Assembly (NCBI GenBank): GCA_965219095.1
Contig: CBDCMT010000001.1
Location: 1,376,001 to 1,440,000, forward strand
Length of the DNA: 64,000 bases
DNA from: Bdellovibrionales bacterium
GTDB taxonomy: Bacteria; Bdellovibrionota; Bdellovibrionia; Bdellovibrionales; UBA1609
Direction: 5' to 3'
The notes below the pieces were generated by a model, which saw only the letters and a program-made list of their open reading frames with translations, had not been told where the DNA came from and did not search any database. Below are positions 35,364 through 46,531 of this stretch, in pieces; position 1 is the first letter of the stretch, and each line of letters opens with the position of its first letter. The position numbers were made by a program, and so were the translations under genes.

Positions 35364-35678
35364 ATGAAGTCAATTGCAGAGTACGTAAAATCTATTGAAG
35401 AAACTCATAACCAAAAAAAGCCCACTCCTTTAGATTATTTTTTCAGCCTTCTCAAACTTATTCTTATTATCTTTTTTTCATTAGGAATAGCTATAACAGG
35501 AGAAATTTTTATTGGTTATGGCCCCTTTTCTTTTTATTTCATAACTTTTGTCGTTGCCAGTGTTTCTTTTAAAGTTTCTAGTCAGTGGAAAAAATCTAAA
35601 TTCCTCATAACTGTATTTCTTATATTACTTTTTTGGCTTCTATTTAAAATTTACGTGTTATCTGTTGCAGGAGGGTGA
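35364..35678 (+). CDS. Small membrane protein
   Basis: Three hydrophobic segments; within the operon. Confidence 0.7.
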   Translation: MKSIAEYVKSIEETHNQKKPTPLDYFFSLLKLILIIFFSLGIAITGEIFIGYGPFSFYFITFVVASVSFKVSSQWKKSKFLITVFLILLFWLLFKIYVLSVAGG

Positions 35679-35679
35679 A

Positions 35680-36951
35680 ATGATTAATTTAAAGAAACTA
35701 GAACTGGATCCAGAGATTTTTAAAAAAACCCTTAGAAGTAGAGGCTTTGATTCAAACTTAGTGGATCAAATACTCACTACGAATAAAACAAGAAAGTCTC
35801 TCATTAAAGAGGTTGAAGGGCTAAAAGCTTATCAAAATAAGACAAGCAAAGAAATTGTAAAACTTAAAAAAAAGAAAGAGGATATTTCAAAGCTCCTAAT
35901 GGACATGAAAGATACAAGCCACAAAGTTAGCGAACTTCTAAAGAGAAGACAAGCTATGGAAAAAGAATTAAAAGGTCTTCTCTTACATATGCCTAACCTA
36001 TGTCATAAAGATGTTCCTATAGGGGAAGATGAAAAAGCTAACAAAGTTTTATCTGAGCATGGAAAAACACCTCGGTTTTCTTTTCAACCTAAAAGTCATG
36101 TAGAATTAGGAGAGCACTTAAACTCTCTTGACTTTGAAAGTGCTAGCTCTATTTCAGGAGCTCGTTTTGTTTTTGTGAAGGGAAAGCTTGCTCAACTAGA
36201 AAGAGCGATTGCAAACTTTATGCTAGACTGTCATACACAAAAAAATGGCTATGAAGAAATTAACACTCCTCTTATGACCCATAGTTTGGCTATGGAAGCA
36301 ACAGGTCAACTTCCCAAGTTTTCTGAAGAAATGTTTTACATTCCCTCATCAAAACATTACCTTATTTCTACCTCTGAAATTCCCCTTGTAAATTTATTTA
36401 GAGACAAAATCTTGCAAGACAATCTTCTCCCTATTTATGTCACTGCTTACACTCCTTGTTTTCGTGCAGAAGCAGGAAGCTATGGTAAAGACACCAAAGG
36501 CATGATAAGACAACATCAGTTTCACAAAGTTGAACTTGTAAAAATCACTCACCCTGAAACATCCTATCAAGAGCATGAAAAACTTACTGAAAATGCTACA
36601 GACCTTCTAGATCAATTAGGCCTCTGTTATAGAAAAGTCCTTCTTTCTACAGGAGATATAGGGTTTGCAGCTTCAAAATGTTATGATATTGAGGTTTGGA
36701 TTCCTTCTCAAAACACTTATAGAGAGATCAGTTCTTGTTCTAACTGCGAGGATTTTCAAGCAAGAAGAGCTAACATTCGCTTTCGAAAACAGGGTTCTAA
36801 ACCGCAGTGGGTCCACACACTTAATGGCTCTGGCTTAGCTGTAGGAAGAACTCTAATCGCCATTATGGAAAACTTCCAAAATGAAGATGGATCCATTACC
36901 ATTCCTGAAGTACTACGTCCTTATATGAAAGGTCTTCAAAGCATAAGGTAA
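35680..36951 (+). CDS. serS: Serine--tRNA ligase
   Basis: TGQLPKF, TSE, FRAEAG, RQHQF, EISSCSNC, TLNGSGLA; SD AGGAGG before ATG 35680. Confidence 0.98.
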   Translation: MINLKKLELDPEIFKKTLRSRGFDSNLVDQILTTNKTRKSLIKEVEGLKAYQNKTSKEIVKLKKKKEDISKLLMDMKDTSHKVSELLKRRQAMEKELKGLLLHMPNLCHKDVPIGEDEKANKVLSEHGKTPRFSFQPKSHVELGEHLNSLDFESASSISGARFVFVKGKLAQLERAIANFMLDCHTQKNGYEEINTPLMTHSLAMEATGQLPKFSEEMFYIPSSKHYLISTSEIPLVNLFRDKILQDNLLPIYVTAYTPCFRAEAGSYGKDTKGMIRQHQFHKVELVKITHPETSYQEHEKLTENATDLLDQLGLCYRKVLLSTGDIGFAASKCYDIEVWIPSQNTYREISSCSNCEDFQARRANIRFRKQGSKPQWVHTLNGSGLAVGRTLIAIMENFQNEDGSITIPEVLRPYMKGLQSIR

Positions 36952-37042
36952 AGGAAGTTTTGATTTTGAAAGATTTAAAACTCGGATCTTACTCAGTCTA
37001 CATCTTAAAAAGGAAAATGTTATGACAACACCTGATTGTTTG

Positions 37043-37163
37043 GTAACTCGGTTTTTAAACCGCTCCTAACTTATACTGACTACACTTCTTTCAAAAAAAC
37101 CCTTTTAAAATCTAAGAAACATCCTCCCCACAGAAGTCAAGGGCTGTTAAGAAACCGACTTAC
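37043..37163. mobile_element. 121-bp IS66-derived MITE
   Basis: Same IRs as 2884-9806; 8-bp TSD ATTGTTTG. Confidence 0.85.
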
Positions 37164-37297
37164 ATTGTTTGGACTGAAGTTACACAATTTAATTCACAGG
37201 CTCAATTTTTAATGACTTTTCAGTATTTACTGGACACAGTCTAAAGAAAAAAGACTCATAAAACACATTCTGTAAATTCATACATAAGTCTTGTTCA

Positions 37298-38248
37298 TTA
37301 ATTTTCTCTATCTTGAGAGACTTGAAATGTTTCTGAATGCCATTCTTCTAACTCTTCAACAGTTCTAGGTAAAGCCATATCGACGCTTTTTACTTGAGAT
37401 GCCCTAAGATTGCAGAGAAACCATCCTAAAACAAAACCTAAAACAGAAAGTAAAATAGCAAGACTTGAGAACCACAAGGGAGATAAAATAAGCTTTTTCT
37501 TTGGAGCAATGGGTTGCGATAAAGAAGATATCTTAGGTTTTAACAATGGGAGAGTTAATTTTTTCTTTTGAAACTCTTTTTTTAATTTGTTAACAGATTT
37601 TGTAAATTTTAGATTTTCAGAAGAAAGTACATCTCCTTGAGAGTTTAAAACCATAACACGATTTGGGTTTAAGGTTTTCATGGATGAGGCTACTAAAAAC
37701 ACAATACTTTGAACTTGTTTTGCTGTAAGCAGAACTCCTTCATGTACATCTAAGATAATGGTTGCTGAAGGAGAATGATTTTTTTTATTTTTATACCAGT
37801 ATTTTTTCTGAGGTTTTGTGAGAATCACTTGTGAGGATTTTATAAAGTGAAACCTGTTGATAGCCTGAGCCAGATCTTCTTGTAACTCTTTCTGATATTT
37901 TAGTTTTTGTACATGAGATGAAATAAGACCAAAATAAGGTTTAGAAAAAATACTCTTTGTATTTTGAGCCTTCTTTTTTTTATTTCTTAAATGATTCAAA
38001 ACTTGTTGGGATAGTATAAACTGAGATTTTTTTATCAAAAGTACTGCTCTCGGCCCCTCAAATCTATAATGTATCTTCTTTTCCTTCAAAGCAGAAAAAA
38101 CATCCTCTAATTCAGACTTTTTTATATTTGAAGAAAGAAGTTTGTATTGAGATGAAGACTGTGTTTGTCTAAATGTAAGAAGACATAAAAGTGATAAAAT
38201 AAAAACACAAAGAGCTAATAAAACAGCCTTGTTTAAGCTTTTTTTCAT
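37298..38248 (-). CDS. Short FliF/YscJ-family ring protein
   Basis: N-terminal TM, KYQKELQEDLAQAI, PSATIIL, QVQSIVFLVASS..LNP.RV.VLNSQG.VLS, C-terminal TM. Confidence 0.75.
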   Translation of the reverse strand: MKKSLNKAVLLALCVFILSLLCLLTFRQTQSSSQYKLLSSNIKKSELEDVFSALKEKKIHYRFEGPRAVLLIKKSQFILSQQVLNHLRNKKKKAQNTKSIFSKPYFGLISSHVQKLKYQKELQEDLAQAINRFHFIKSSQVILTKPQKKYWYKNKKNHSPSATIILDVHEGVLLTAKQVQSIVFLVASSMKTLNPNRVMVLNSQGDVLSSENLKFTKSVNKLKKEFQKKKLTLPLLKPKISSLSQPIAPKKKLILSPLWFSSLAILLSVLGFVLGWFLCNLRASQVKSVDMALPRTVEELEEWHSETFQVSQDREN

Positions 38249-38648
38249 AACAATATAGCCATGTTAAGCTTAGAGGAAAGGAATTTCTAGTGAGCTTACC
38301 TTTGTTCTGAACTTTATGAATAGACTTTTAGGACTTAAGTTTAGCTTATTATTGACAAAAACATATTGATTGCACTCTCTTGCTTAAGTTCAAGATTTAT
38401 TTTTTTCATTGATTCCATCAACTTGATCTTGATCTATAATTTTACGTGTCTTTGTTACACGCTGAGCCTATGAGCTTAACTAATACCAATTACAGAAATT
38501 AATTCGACATTTTCATGTATAAGTTTGGATTTTTACTTTTAGAAATTTATAACTTTTAAGTACGGGTAAAGAGTGTATCAAATTCATTGGAAAGATATGA
38601 TTCTCTAATGTTTATATACAATTTAGTTTACAGGCTCTTACAGGCTCG

Positions 38649-38811
38649 TCTCATTTTTTATAATGGAACTTTTCTCTGGCCGATTTTCTTGAAAAATTCC
38701 ATTTTATTATAATCTTCCGTCTGTTCATAATATTCACCCAAGCCTTGGTTCTTTTTCTTAAAGTTTCTATGTCAGGTATTCTTGATTTTCCTAAACATTG
38801 ACGAGAGTACA
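38649..38811 (-). mobile_element. IS630-type transposase 3' remnant
   Basis: SRQCL..RI...W...N...IKWNF...AREKF. Confidence 0.6.
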
Positions 38812-41800
38812 TAGTCGAACGTGAAAAATGCACAAACAGCTAAAAACACTTGTTTTTTTGTAATTTTTGCATAAAAATAATTGCAAGGAAGTGGAAAAAC
38901 AGATAAAAAACCTTGCAAAACAGAAAGGAAAAAAGATGAGGCCAAAAGACATGTTCAGCACACAAAAGAGAAGCCCTCTTAATTTTAGAGTAAACGACAT
39001 TGTTCATAAGAAGCATCCGCTTGTCATTTTAGCTAATAAAATAGACTGGGATCGTTTTGATAAAGTTTTTGGTTTGAAGTATGATGAAAAAAAAAAGGTC
39101 GTCCAGGTCTTTCAACTCGTTTAATGGTGGGACTTCAGTGCTTGAAATACAGCCTCCTCAAAAGAATCTGTGGGTTCCCGGAGGTTCTGGCAGTTTTCCA
39201 AGGTTATGATATAAGGCGATTTTTATAGCTTTAGAGGTTCTAAAGCCGTAAGATTTTCTCATAGTGAGTTTTACTTTGTTGTTTAAACCCTCTACAATCC
39301 CTGAGGAGAAGGTTTTTTTAGCCTTGAAGTAATTAAGAATAAGTAGCTTATGTCTTCGTATGGTTTTTGCTTTTCTTTTCATAGGTTCAATTTTTGAAAG
39401 CATGACTCGTCTCGTCCAACTGTCTATAAATTTACCAGCCCAAGTTGGTGGAACATAGGTCCATAACTGTCGGAAGTCTTCTTTTAAAAAATAACAGCGG
39501 ATACTTTTTAAATTGTACTGTATTAAATGCCTTAATTTTACTTTTTCATAAGATTTTAAATTTTCTGCATTTTTTAACAAGGGCCATCTAGCTTTTGTTA
39601 AAAGGGGTTCATACCCATCTTCTTTCATTTTTTTGTGTTCTGAAGCTCTCACTTCGTCTAAAGCCTTATTGAGTCTTGCTACGATATGAAACCGATCTAA
39701 TATGTGTAAAGCTCCACTTGCCCTCTCCTTTATGACTTTTAAATAAGGCTTCCACATATCAGAACACACAAACCGTATATCTTTTGACTTCTCTCCTAGT
39801 AAATCAAAGAATTTTCTAAAACTCTTTTCTGTTCTTTTTTCTCCTATCCATAGCAAACGAACACTTTCTTTGCTTATTTCATAGACTAAGGTGAGATACT
39901 GATGGTTCTTTTTCCATTGTATTTCATCTACACCTATAGCTTGTATTCCCTTTAAAACCCTTTGTTTTAAACCATATTCTACGACCCATTCTACCGAAGC
40001 ATAGACCTGATTCCAACTGACATGAAACTTACAAGAAACCTCTTTCCAAGACAGGTGACGACACCAGTCTGCTAAGTACTTCATGTAAAAGATCGTTAAA
40101 CTCTTCTTACCATCGGCCCAAGGTAAATGTTCAACTTTTACCCCACAGCAAGGACAATTGACTCTTCTTACAGCATAAACAAAGAACACCCTGTAACTTA
40201 AAATAGGAAGGGATTCAAAGTCCCGTGATGATTTACTGCTGTCATACACTGAACAGGGCTTCTTACAAACACTACAAAAAGCTTGGCCATTTTTACGAGC
40301 CTTAATAGGAACATTAATTGACTTTCTATCTTTTGAAAAATAAATGTCTCCGTATACAAAAGACTTCCATCTTAAACAATCATTTAGTATAGTCTTCAAA
40401 AGCATCTCTTCCCTCCTTTTTTTTTTTTTTTGAATAACATTTTAAGGCATCTGGGAAGTAGGTGCTTCTTTTTTAAAATTTTAATGTAACACAGCAAATA
40501 AAAGCAAATAAAATGAATGTTTTTGAGTTCAATCACCGGAGGTGATAGAGGCCAGTAAGGGCCTCAAAGAACTCAAAAATACAAGATAGGATTCTTACTC
40601 TTACTTTGATTAATATGAGCTCTTTTGGGGGATTTCTACTACTTTTCACCCACAGATTCCCGGGAGGAGCCGAAATACATTTATAATTTAAGTGACGAGA
40701 AGACAATAGAAATGTTCAAAGAGAGTCCTCAATGGCAGTATTTTTGTGGTCAGCCTTTTTATTCTTATGAAGATCCCTGTGATAGAAGTTCATTGACTAA
40801 CTGGAGAAAGAGGATGGGGGCTGAGAAGATAGAAGTTCTCTTAGAGGAAACCATTGATTTAGCTTTGAGAGAGGGTTTTGTAAAAAAAAAGAGTTTGAGA
40901 ATGTAGTTGTTGATACAACTGTTCAAGAGAAAGCAATAGCTTTTCCTACAGACAGCCGTCTTTATTACAAAGCTTTAAAGACTTTAGTTCACAGGGCTAA
41001 AAAAGAGGGTTTAGTTTTACGTCAAAGCTATAAAAGAAAGGCCAAGGAGTGTTTGTTTAAGAATGCTCGTTATGCTCATACAAGAAAAATACGTTTAGCA
41101 AGAAAACAGCAAAGAAAGCTTCATACTTATCTAGGTCGTGTGATAAGAGATGTTACAAGAAAAGGAGGTCCTAAGTTCTTGGAAGAGAATACATCTTTAA
41201 AAAGATGTTTATCTTTATGTGTAAGAATTTATAACCAAAAAAGAGGGGATAAGAACAAGGTGTATAGTGTTCATGCTCCTGAGGTTTATTGCATAGGGAA
41301 GGGCAAAGCCCATAAAAAATATGAATTTGGCAATAAGGTGAGTGTGGCAACTTCATCAAAAAAATGCTGGGTTTTAGGGGTAAAGTCATTTGAAAAAAAT
41401 GTATCAGATGTTCACAGTTTAAAGCCAGCCTTATCTCAAGTTGAATCCTTAACAAAGGTTAAGGCAAAAAATTTGTATGTAGATAAAGGTTATCGTGGCA
41501 AAGAGCATCATCCTTCGGGAGTTAATGTTCATATTGGGGGAATGAGTAAAACATTAAGTCCCTACAAAAGAAAACTTCACAGAAGAAGAAGTTCAGTTGA
41601 GGCAATCATTGGTCATATGAAAATAGATTCTCGTATGGGAAGGAACTTTTTATTAGGATCACAAGGGGATGCTATTAATAGTCTTTTATCAGGAGTTTCT
41701 CAAAATTTTAGAAAGTTAATGCTAGAGGTGCGTCTTTTTTCGTTTTTTTCACTGAAATGGCTTAAAAGGCCTGTACGCCTTCTTGAAAACTACTGTTTTG

Positions 41801-41906
41801 TTTAAGTTATGAAAAAATATTTAACCCTCTATAGTAGAAAGTAACAGGAATAAAGATCATACAGCATAAAAATCCTAGGCTTTTGTCAATTTTTCACGTT
41901 CGACTA
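38812..41906 (+). mobile_element. IS5-family element interrupted by ISL3
   Basis: Same IRs and ORF as 20784-22349; no TSD. Confidence 0.9.
39152..40671 (-). mobile_element. ISL3 element with intact 415-aa transposase (39158-40405)
   Basis: TSD GAAATACA; CxxC zinc motifs, IGVDE, SDMW, DRFH, EGLNNK. Confidence 0.95.
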
Positions 41907-42050
41907 AATAAACTCTTCTCTGACGAGATTGTTTTTTTTCTTTGTCCCAGTAACTGCTTATCTCATACACATAGATGCTTCCATTTCTTTTCTCTTCATA
42001 CCTATAAGACATAGTTCAAATTGAACTATGTTTTAGGGGCTTTGTCAACT
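41907..42050 (-). mobile_element. IS1634-type transposase 5' remnant
   Basis: ATG at 42012: MSYRYEEKRNGSIYVYEISSYWDKEKKQSRQRRVY. Confidence 0.6.
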
Positions 42051-42514
42051 CCCTGTTGATGGCTCAAAACTCTTAACGACAGGATCAAATTTCAATCCAA
42101 AAATAGAGCCTATGAAAAACATAGCTTTAAAAAGACCTATAAAAATAGTGTGTTATAAGTTCTCCAGAAAAACTCAATGAGACTAAATTAACTCGTTCTT
42201 ATGATTTATCAGGAGTATTCTGTTGAAAAAAAACAGGCTCTTAGTCCTGAAACCTAGTACCAAAATTAACAGATTTCAGGATCTTAATGGACACCCTTAG
42301 CTACCTTTTTCACTAAAAGGTTTCTACATTAAATCAAATGAACATACAAAAAGCTTAAACAACTCTAACAGTCTTGTAAAAGGAACTGTCGAAGTCATGA
42401 GAAAAGTTCAGAGGCCTTACAACCAATACATTTATAAATTGAGAAATAAAATTAAATTGAAATGATAATTTTATATAGAGCTTGTAATTAATTACAGGCT
42501 ATTCTACAAGCTCT

Positions 42515-43759
42515 CTATTCTTGTGGTTTGGGCTCACAAGTAATCTGTTTCTGTTCTTTATAAACTTTCGTTAATTCTCTATCTCTAACACTTAAAACAT
42601 AAACCTTGTCATCATCAGAGCCTATGACAATTTTTCCATCATTCATTACAGCAGGAGAAGAATCAACTATACTACCTGTTTTAAAAGAAGCCACTTTAAC
42701 TAACTTCTCACCCAGAAGCTCTAAAACATAAACCTTGTTATCCCAAGAGCCTATGACAATTTTTCCATCATTCATTATAGCAGGAGAGGAGTCAACTATA
42801 CTACCTGTTTTAAAAGAAGCCACTTTAACTAAGCTCTCACCCAGAAGCTCTAAAACATAAACCTTGTTATCCCGAGAGCCTATGACAATTTTTCCATCAC
42901 CCATTATAGCAGGAGAGGAATAAACCGAGTCACCTGTTTTAAAAGAAGCTACTTCAAGTAACTTCTTACCCTTAAGCTCTAAAACATAAACCTTGTTATC
43001 CCGAGAGCCTATGACAATTTTTCCATCACCCATTATAGCAGGAGAGGAATTAACCAAGTCACCTGTTTTAAAAGAAGCTACTTCAAGTAACTTCTTACCC
43101 TTAAGCTCTAAAACATAAACCTTGTTATCCCGAGAGCCTATGACAATTTTTCCATCACCCATTATAGCAGGAGAGGAATTAACCAAGTCACCTGTTTTAA
43201 AAGAAGCTACTTCAAGTAACTTCTTACCCTTAAGCTCTAAAACATAAACCTTGTTATCATCAGAACCTATTACAATTTTTCCATCACCCATTATAGCAGG
43301 AGAGGAGCTAACCCAGTCACCTGTTTTAAAAGAAGCCACCTTAACTAACTTCTTACCCTTAAGTTCTAAAACATAAACCTTTTTATCACCAGAGCCTATA
43401 ACAATTTTTCCATCACCCATTATAGCAGGAGAGGAATAAACTTTATCACCTGTTTTAAAAGAAGCTACTTCAAGTAACTCATTACCTGAAAGCTCTAAAA
43501 CATAAACCTTGTTATCATCAGAACCTATTACAATTTTTCCATCACCCATTATAGCAGGAGAGGAATTAACCGAGCCACCTAATTCTTTACTTAAAGGTCT
43601 GAGGTCAAACCCATAAACTTTCTTTTCTTGAAAGCATCTTTTATCATAAGAACGTCCTAAAGCATGGCATTGTGTTGACTTTTTCTGAAAGACAAAAAAG
43701 CTGGAAAAAGCAAAGACTAGACTTAAGCTTGCTAAATGGAAAAAAATTTTTGTTTTTAT
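42515..43759 (-). CDS. Secreted/anchored PQQ-like (BamB-type) 8-bladed beta-propeller built from 43-aa tandem repeats
   Basis: Eight DGKIVIGS.D.KVYVL / SSPA units at 129-bp period; frame open upstream to ATA at 43759 after AGGAGG, encoding a hydrophobic leader. Confidence 0.8.
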   Translation of the reverse strand: MKTKIFFHLASLSLVFAFSSFFVFQKKSTQCHALGRSYDKRCFQEKKVYGFDLRPLSKELGGSVNSSPAIMGDGKIVIGSDDNKVYVLELSGNELLEVASFKTGDKVYSSPAIMGDGKIVIGSGDKKVYVLELKGKKLVKVASFKTGDWVSSSPAIMGDGKIVIGSDDNKVYVLELKGKKLLEVASFKTGDLVNSSPAIMGDGKIVIGSRDNKVYVLELKGKKLLEVASFKTGDLVNSSPAIMGDGKIVIGSRDNKVYVLELKGKKLLEVASFKTGDSVYSSPAIMGDGKIVIGSRDNKVYVLELLGESLVKVASFKTGSIVDSSPAIMNDGKIVIGSWDNKVYVLELLGEKLVKVASFKTGSIVDSSPAVMNDGKIVIGSDDDKVYVLSVRDRELTKVYKEQKQITCEPKPQE

Positions 43760-44121
43760 TATTTACCTCCTACTTAAATGTTTAATTTTTTAAACCTTTC
43801 TCATGATTATTTTGTTTTTAGGTTCTGTTTTCTATCCATTCAAAATCTTTGTCACTTATTTAAGAGTTTAGCATATAGAATAATTTAACGCAATATATAA
43901 TTTTACAAATGCTTGGCATATCAAAAACTTTTAACAAAGTGAAATATTTTCTGATTGCACTTAAAAAATCCCCCTTTTTATTAGCTAAAAAGGGGTTAAA
44001 ATACGACTATTGATACACGTATATAAAATAGTCTAGAGATGATTTTACAATGAGATCTTTTTTCATTGAGGAATAGCAGGAAGATAGCATAGATTCATCT
44101 AGGTTGTTTTATATATTTTTG

Positions 44122-44436
44122 TCAATAATTACGGCTAGGAATAGAATTTTTATCTAAAGTAAGCCTTACTTCTAAAACCCAAGATTCATCAAAGAAACGA
44201 TTAACTCTCTTTGCAATTTGGTTTCTTAAAAAAATCACATCCTGAAGTTGACTAGCATGTGGTAGGTACACAAAAAGCTGTCCTTTGTTATATTTTACGG
44301 GCATGGTGTTTAAAAATACTTCTTCTTTTAAAAGACGAGGCCAAGCTTGATAAAGTTGTTTGAGACGATAAAAATCACTTAAAGGATCCTTAGTGCCTTT
44401 AAAAAGGCCTTCTAATACTTTTGAGACAGAATCCAT
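44122..44436 (-). CDS. DUF721 / DciA-family protein
   Basis: L.QAWP.L...NT.P.....GQLFV pattern and typical size. Confidence 0.7.
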   Translation of the reverse strand: MDSVSKVLEGLFKGTKDPLSDFYRLKQLYQAWPRLLKEEVFLNTMPVKYNKGQLFVYLPHASQLQDVIFLRNQIAKRVNRFFDESWVLEVRLTLDKNSIPSRNY

Positions 44437-44642
44437 GATTCCATGGTACTCATAAGAGAGCTTTTGTGCAATTTATAGATTATCTAAGATAAAACCCCTT
44501 TTATCTTGCTTAAGAGAATGTATGACACTTAAAGTGAGCGAAACTTCAAAAAGCTTGTTATTTTGAATCTCTACAAAGAAAAGAAGAGCTTAAGCTTTCT
44601 TAGCACATTGCGTTATTTACCTTCCTTGTCAAGAAGATCAGA

Positions 44643-45161
44643 ATGAAGGAAAATAAGGTAATGGTTTTAGCTTTTTTTCTTTGTTTTTTATTAGATGCAG
44701 GCCTTATAGCACCTAAGCCTTTGACAATAAAAGATAAAAGCCGAGTAACTTATGAGGACTTTTATGTAGGAGGACAAGTCAAACATATTACATCTTTGTT
44801 AAACCTCCATAAACAGAGGTTTAAAAAAAGTCCTAAAGAGAGATGGATTTTTTCTTTAGGAGATGAAAAACAGCAACCTATAAAAAATTATTTACCCTAC
44901 ATACAAATCAATGTTGATTCAAAAAACAAACGTCTAATTGTTGATTTTTTTCAATTGAATCAATCTAAAATCAAACTTGAGCAAATACAAAAATTAGTTA
45001 AAAAATCAAAATACATCAAGTCATCAAATTTACTTTTTGATCCTATTGATTCTACAACATCAGTCGTTTTTAACTTTAAAGAAAAAACTCTTGTTAAAGT
45101 CTTTCGCCATAACCACCTAGGCCCTTTAGCCTTTGAACTATACCCTTTTTCTAAAAATTAG
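44643..45161 (+). CDS. Secreted hypothetical protein (AMIN-like beta domain possible)
   Basis: Hydrophobic N-terminus; ERWIF, RLIVDF. Confidence 0.6.
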   Translation: MKENKVMVLAFFLCFLLDAGLIAPKPLTIKDKSRVTYEDFYVGGQVKHITSLLNLHKQRFKKSPKERWIFSLGDEKQQPIKNYLPYIQINVDSKNKRLIVDFFQLNQSKIKLEQIQKLVKKSKYIKSSNLLFDPIDSTTSVVFNFKEKTLVKVFRHNHLGPLAFELYPFSKN

Positions 45162-45220
45162 AAACTTTAAGAGAATGTACTTTTTTGCTTCCTGTGTTAA
45201 GCTTAATAAGTTTTTTCCCT
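45093..45220. repeat. ~130-bp direct repeat (partner 48335-48469) flanking an IS cluster
   Basis: GTTAAAG.CTTTCGCCATAACCACCTAG...GTTAAGCTTAATAAGT..TTTTTCCCT at both sites. Confidence 0.85.
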
Positions 45221-45270
45221 CCTGAGTTCGCCCTTTAGCAAACGACAAAATTCATAAGTATTTGAATATA

Positions 45271-45796
45271 TTAGATTTTTCTGGATTGTCTCCAGATTTT
45301 AGACATACTAGTGTTCGTAAATTGCCAGTTTATTTTTATCCTTTTTTTATTTCTATTTTTTGCCCAAACTGTAATCTCTTTTTCCATCTTAGAGAATTTT
45401 CCTATACGACGATTTAAACACTGTTTTGAAAGGGCTGAAAACTCAATCTCTGCCATATTTAACCAACTCGCCTTCTTCGGTGTGTAAATCATCTTAAAGC
45501 AATTTGCTAAATCAAAAGCACTCTCTGCTTTCATATTTTCATAAAATGAAGAGGGGTTATGAGTGTTCAAATTATCTTGTATCAATGTGATCTTTTCACA
45601 ACCTTTATACTTTGCAGCCACCTTTTTCATAAACCTTGCATAATCTACTTTCGTCTTTCTACGACTCACCTCCACAATCCTCTTTCCTGTCAAAGGCTCA
45701 ACGGCCAATAAAGCTACACACACACCCTCTCTTTTATAATGATAATCCTCTCTCTTTTCTTTTCCAGGACTTACAGGAACCGGAATCAAAACATCA
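45271..45796 (-). mobile_element. IS630-family transposase fragment (third type)
   Basis: DYHYKREG, QDNLNTH, TPKKASWLNMAEIE. Confidence 0.8.
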
Positions 45797-45821
45797 TAGC
45801 AATTACAGAAATTAATTCGAC

Positions 45822-46531
45822 GGTAAATCAAAAAGACAGGTCACTGGTTTAAGCCATGATAGTGACCCTAAAGTACTTGCAGAAGGAGGTGAGCTTTTCG
45901 AGACAAATTCTAAACCCTTTAGCTGGCCTGTTTTTTAAGACAAATGCACTCTCAGTTATAGGAAATAACAATGAATTTAATGATTTTTATGAAGAATTGA
46001 TCAAAAAAAATTTACCACCACATACTGCTAGAAACGCTACCAACTAGAAGAATTGCAGCTTTAACTTTAGGTGTTTTCAAGTCTGGGAAAAAATATAAAC
46101 CTTATGGAGAACGTAAAAATGTAAATAATAATAAAACAACCTTATAAAATCATCTGTTTAAAGTTTCTTGCATAGTAAGTAACAATACAAATAATGACTT
46201 TATGAGATGAGGGTAGATAGCTTAATAAAAATGATATTTATAAAAAATTCATTTCGACGAATAGCACATCCTCTATTCCTGAAATTTACTATAATCTAAG
46301 GTTTTAAATCTTCGGAATAAATTCATGATTTAAAACTAAAAAAGGTTCAGATAGACGCATAATAGGAATATGTTTGTTTTACAATGTGTAAAGGAAGAGT
46401 CATTAAAAAATGGAAAGGAAATGCAGAAAGTTTTCTCTTAGGTGATTAGAATATTCGTGACCGTATGCAAAAAAAATTTTTTATATTTTTTGTAAATGGA
46501 GAAGTGTTTTTTCTTGACATACTTTTTGATA
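45822..46531 (+). mobile_element. Non-autonomous IS110-family element (left end, C-terminal transposase remnant, long 3' non-coding region)
   Basis: GAC at both junctions; empty site AATTCGACATTTTTATG seen at 8168 and 59377; remnant FNDFYEELIKKNLPPHTARNA..RIAALTLGVFKSGKKYKP; TTGACA near the right end. Confidence 0.75.
46205..46372 (+). ncRNA. Putative bridge/seek RNA with target- and donor-binding loops
   Basis: Stem GAGGGT/ATCCTC encloses ATAAAAATG and TTCGAC; stem TATTCCT/AGGAATA encloses ATTTAC and GATAGACG. Confidence 0.65.

Noticed and set aside
37298..38248. Type III secretion system locus
   Set aside because: No lipobox and no other Sct genes nearby
42590..43570. Regular 129-bp repeats as a CRISPR array
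   Set aside because: In-frame coding repeats with no unique spacers and no cas genes
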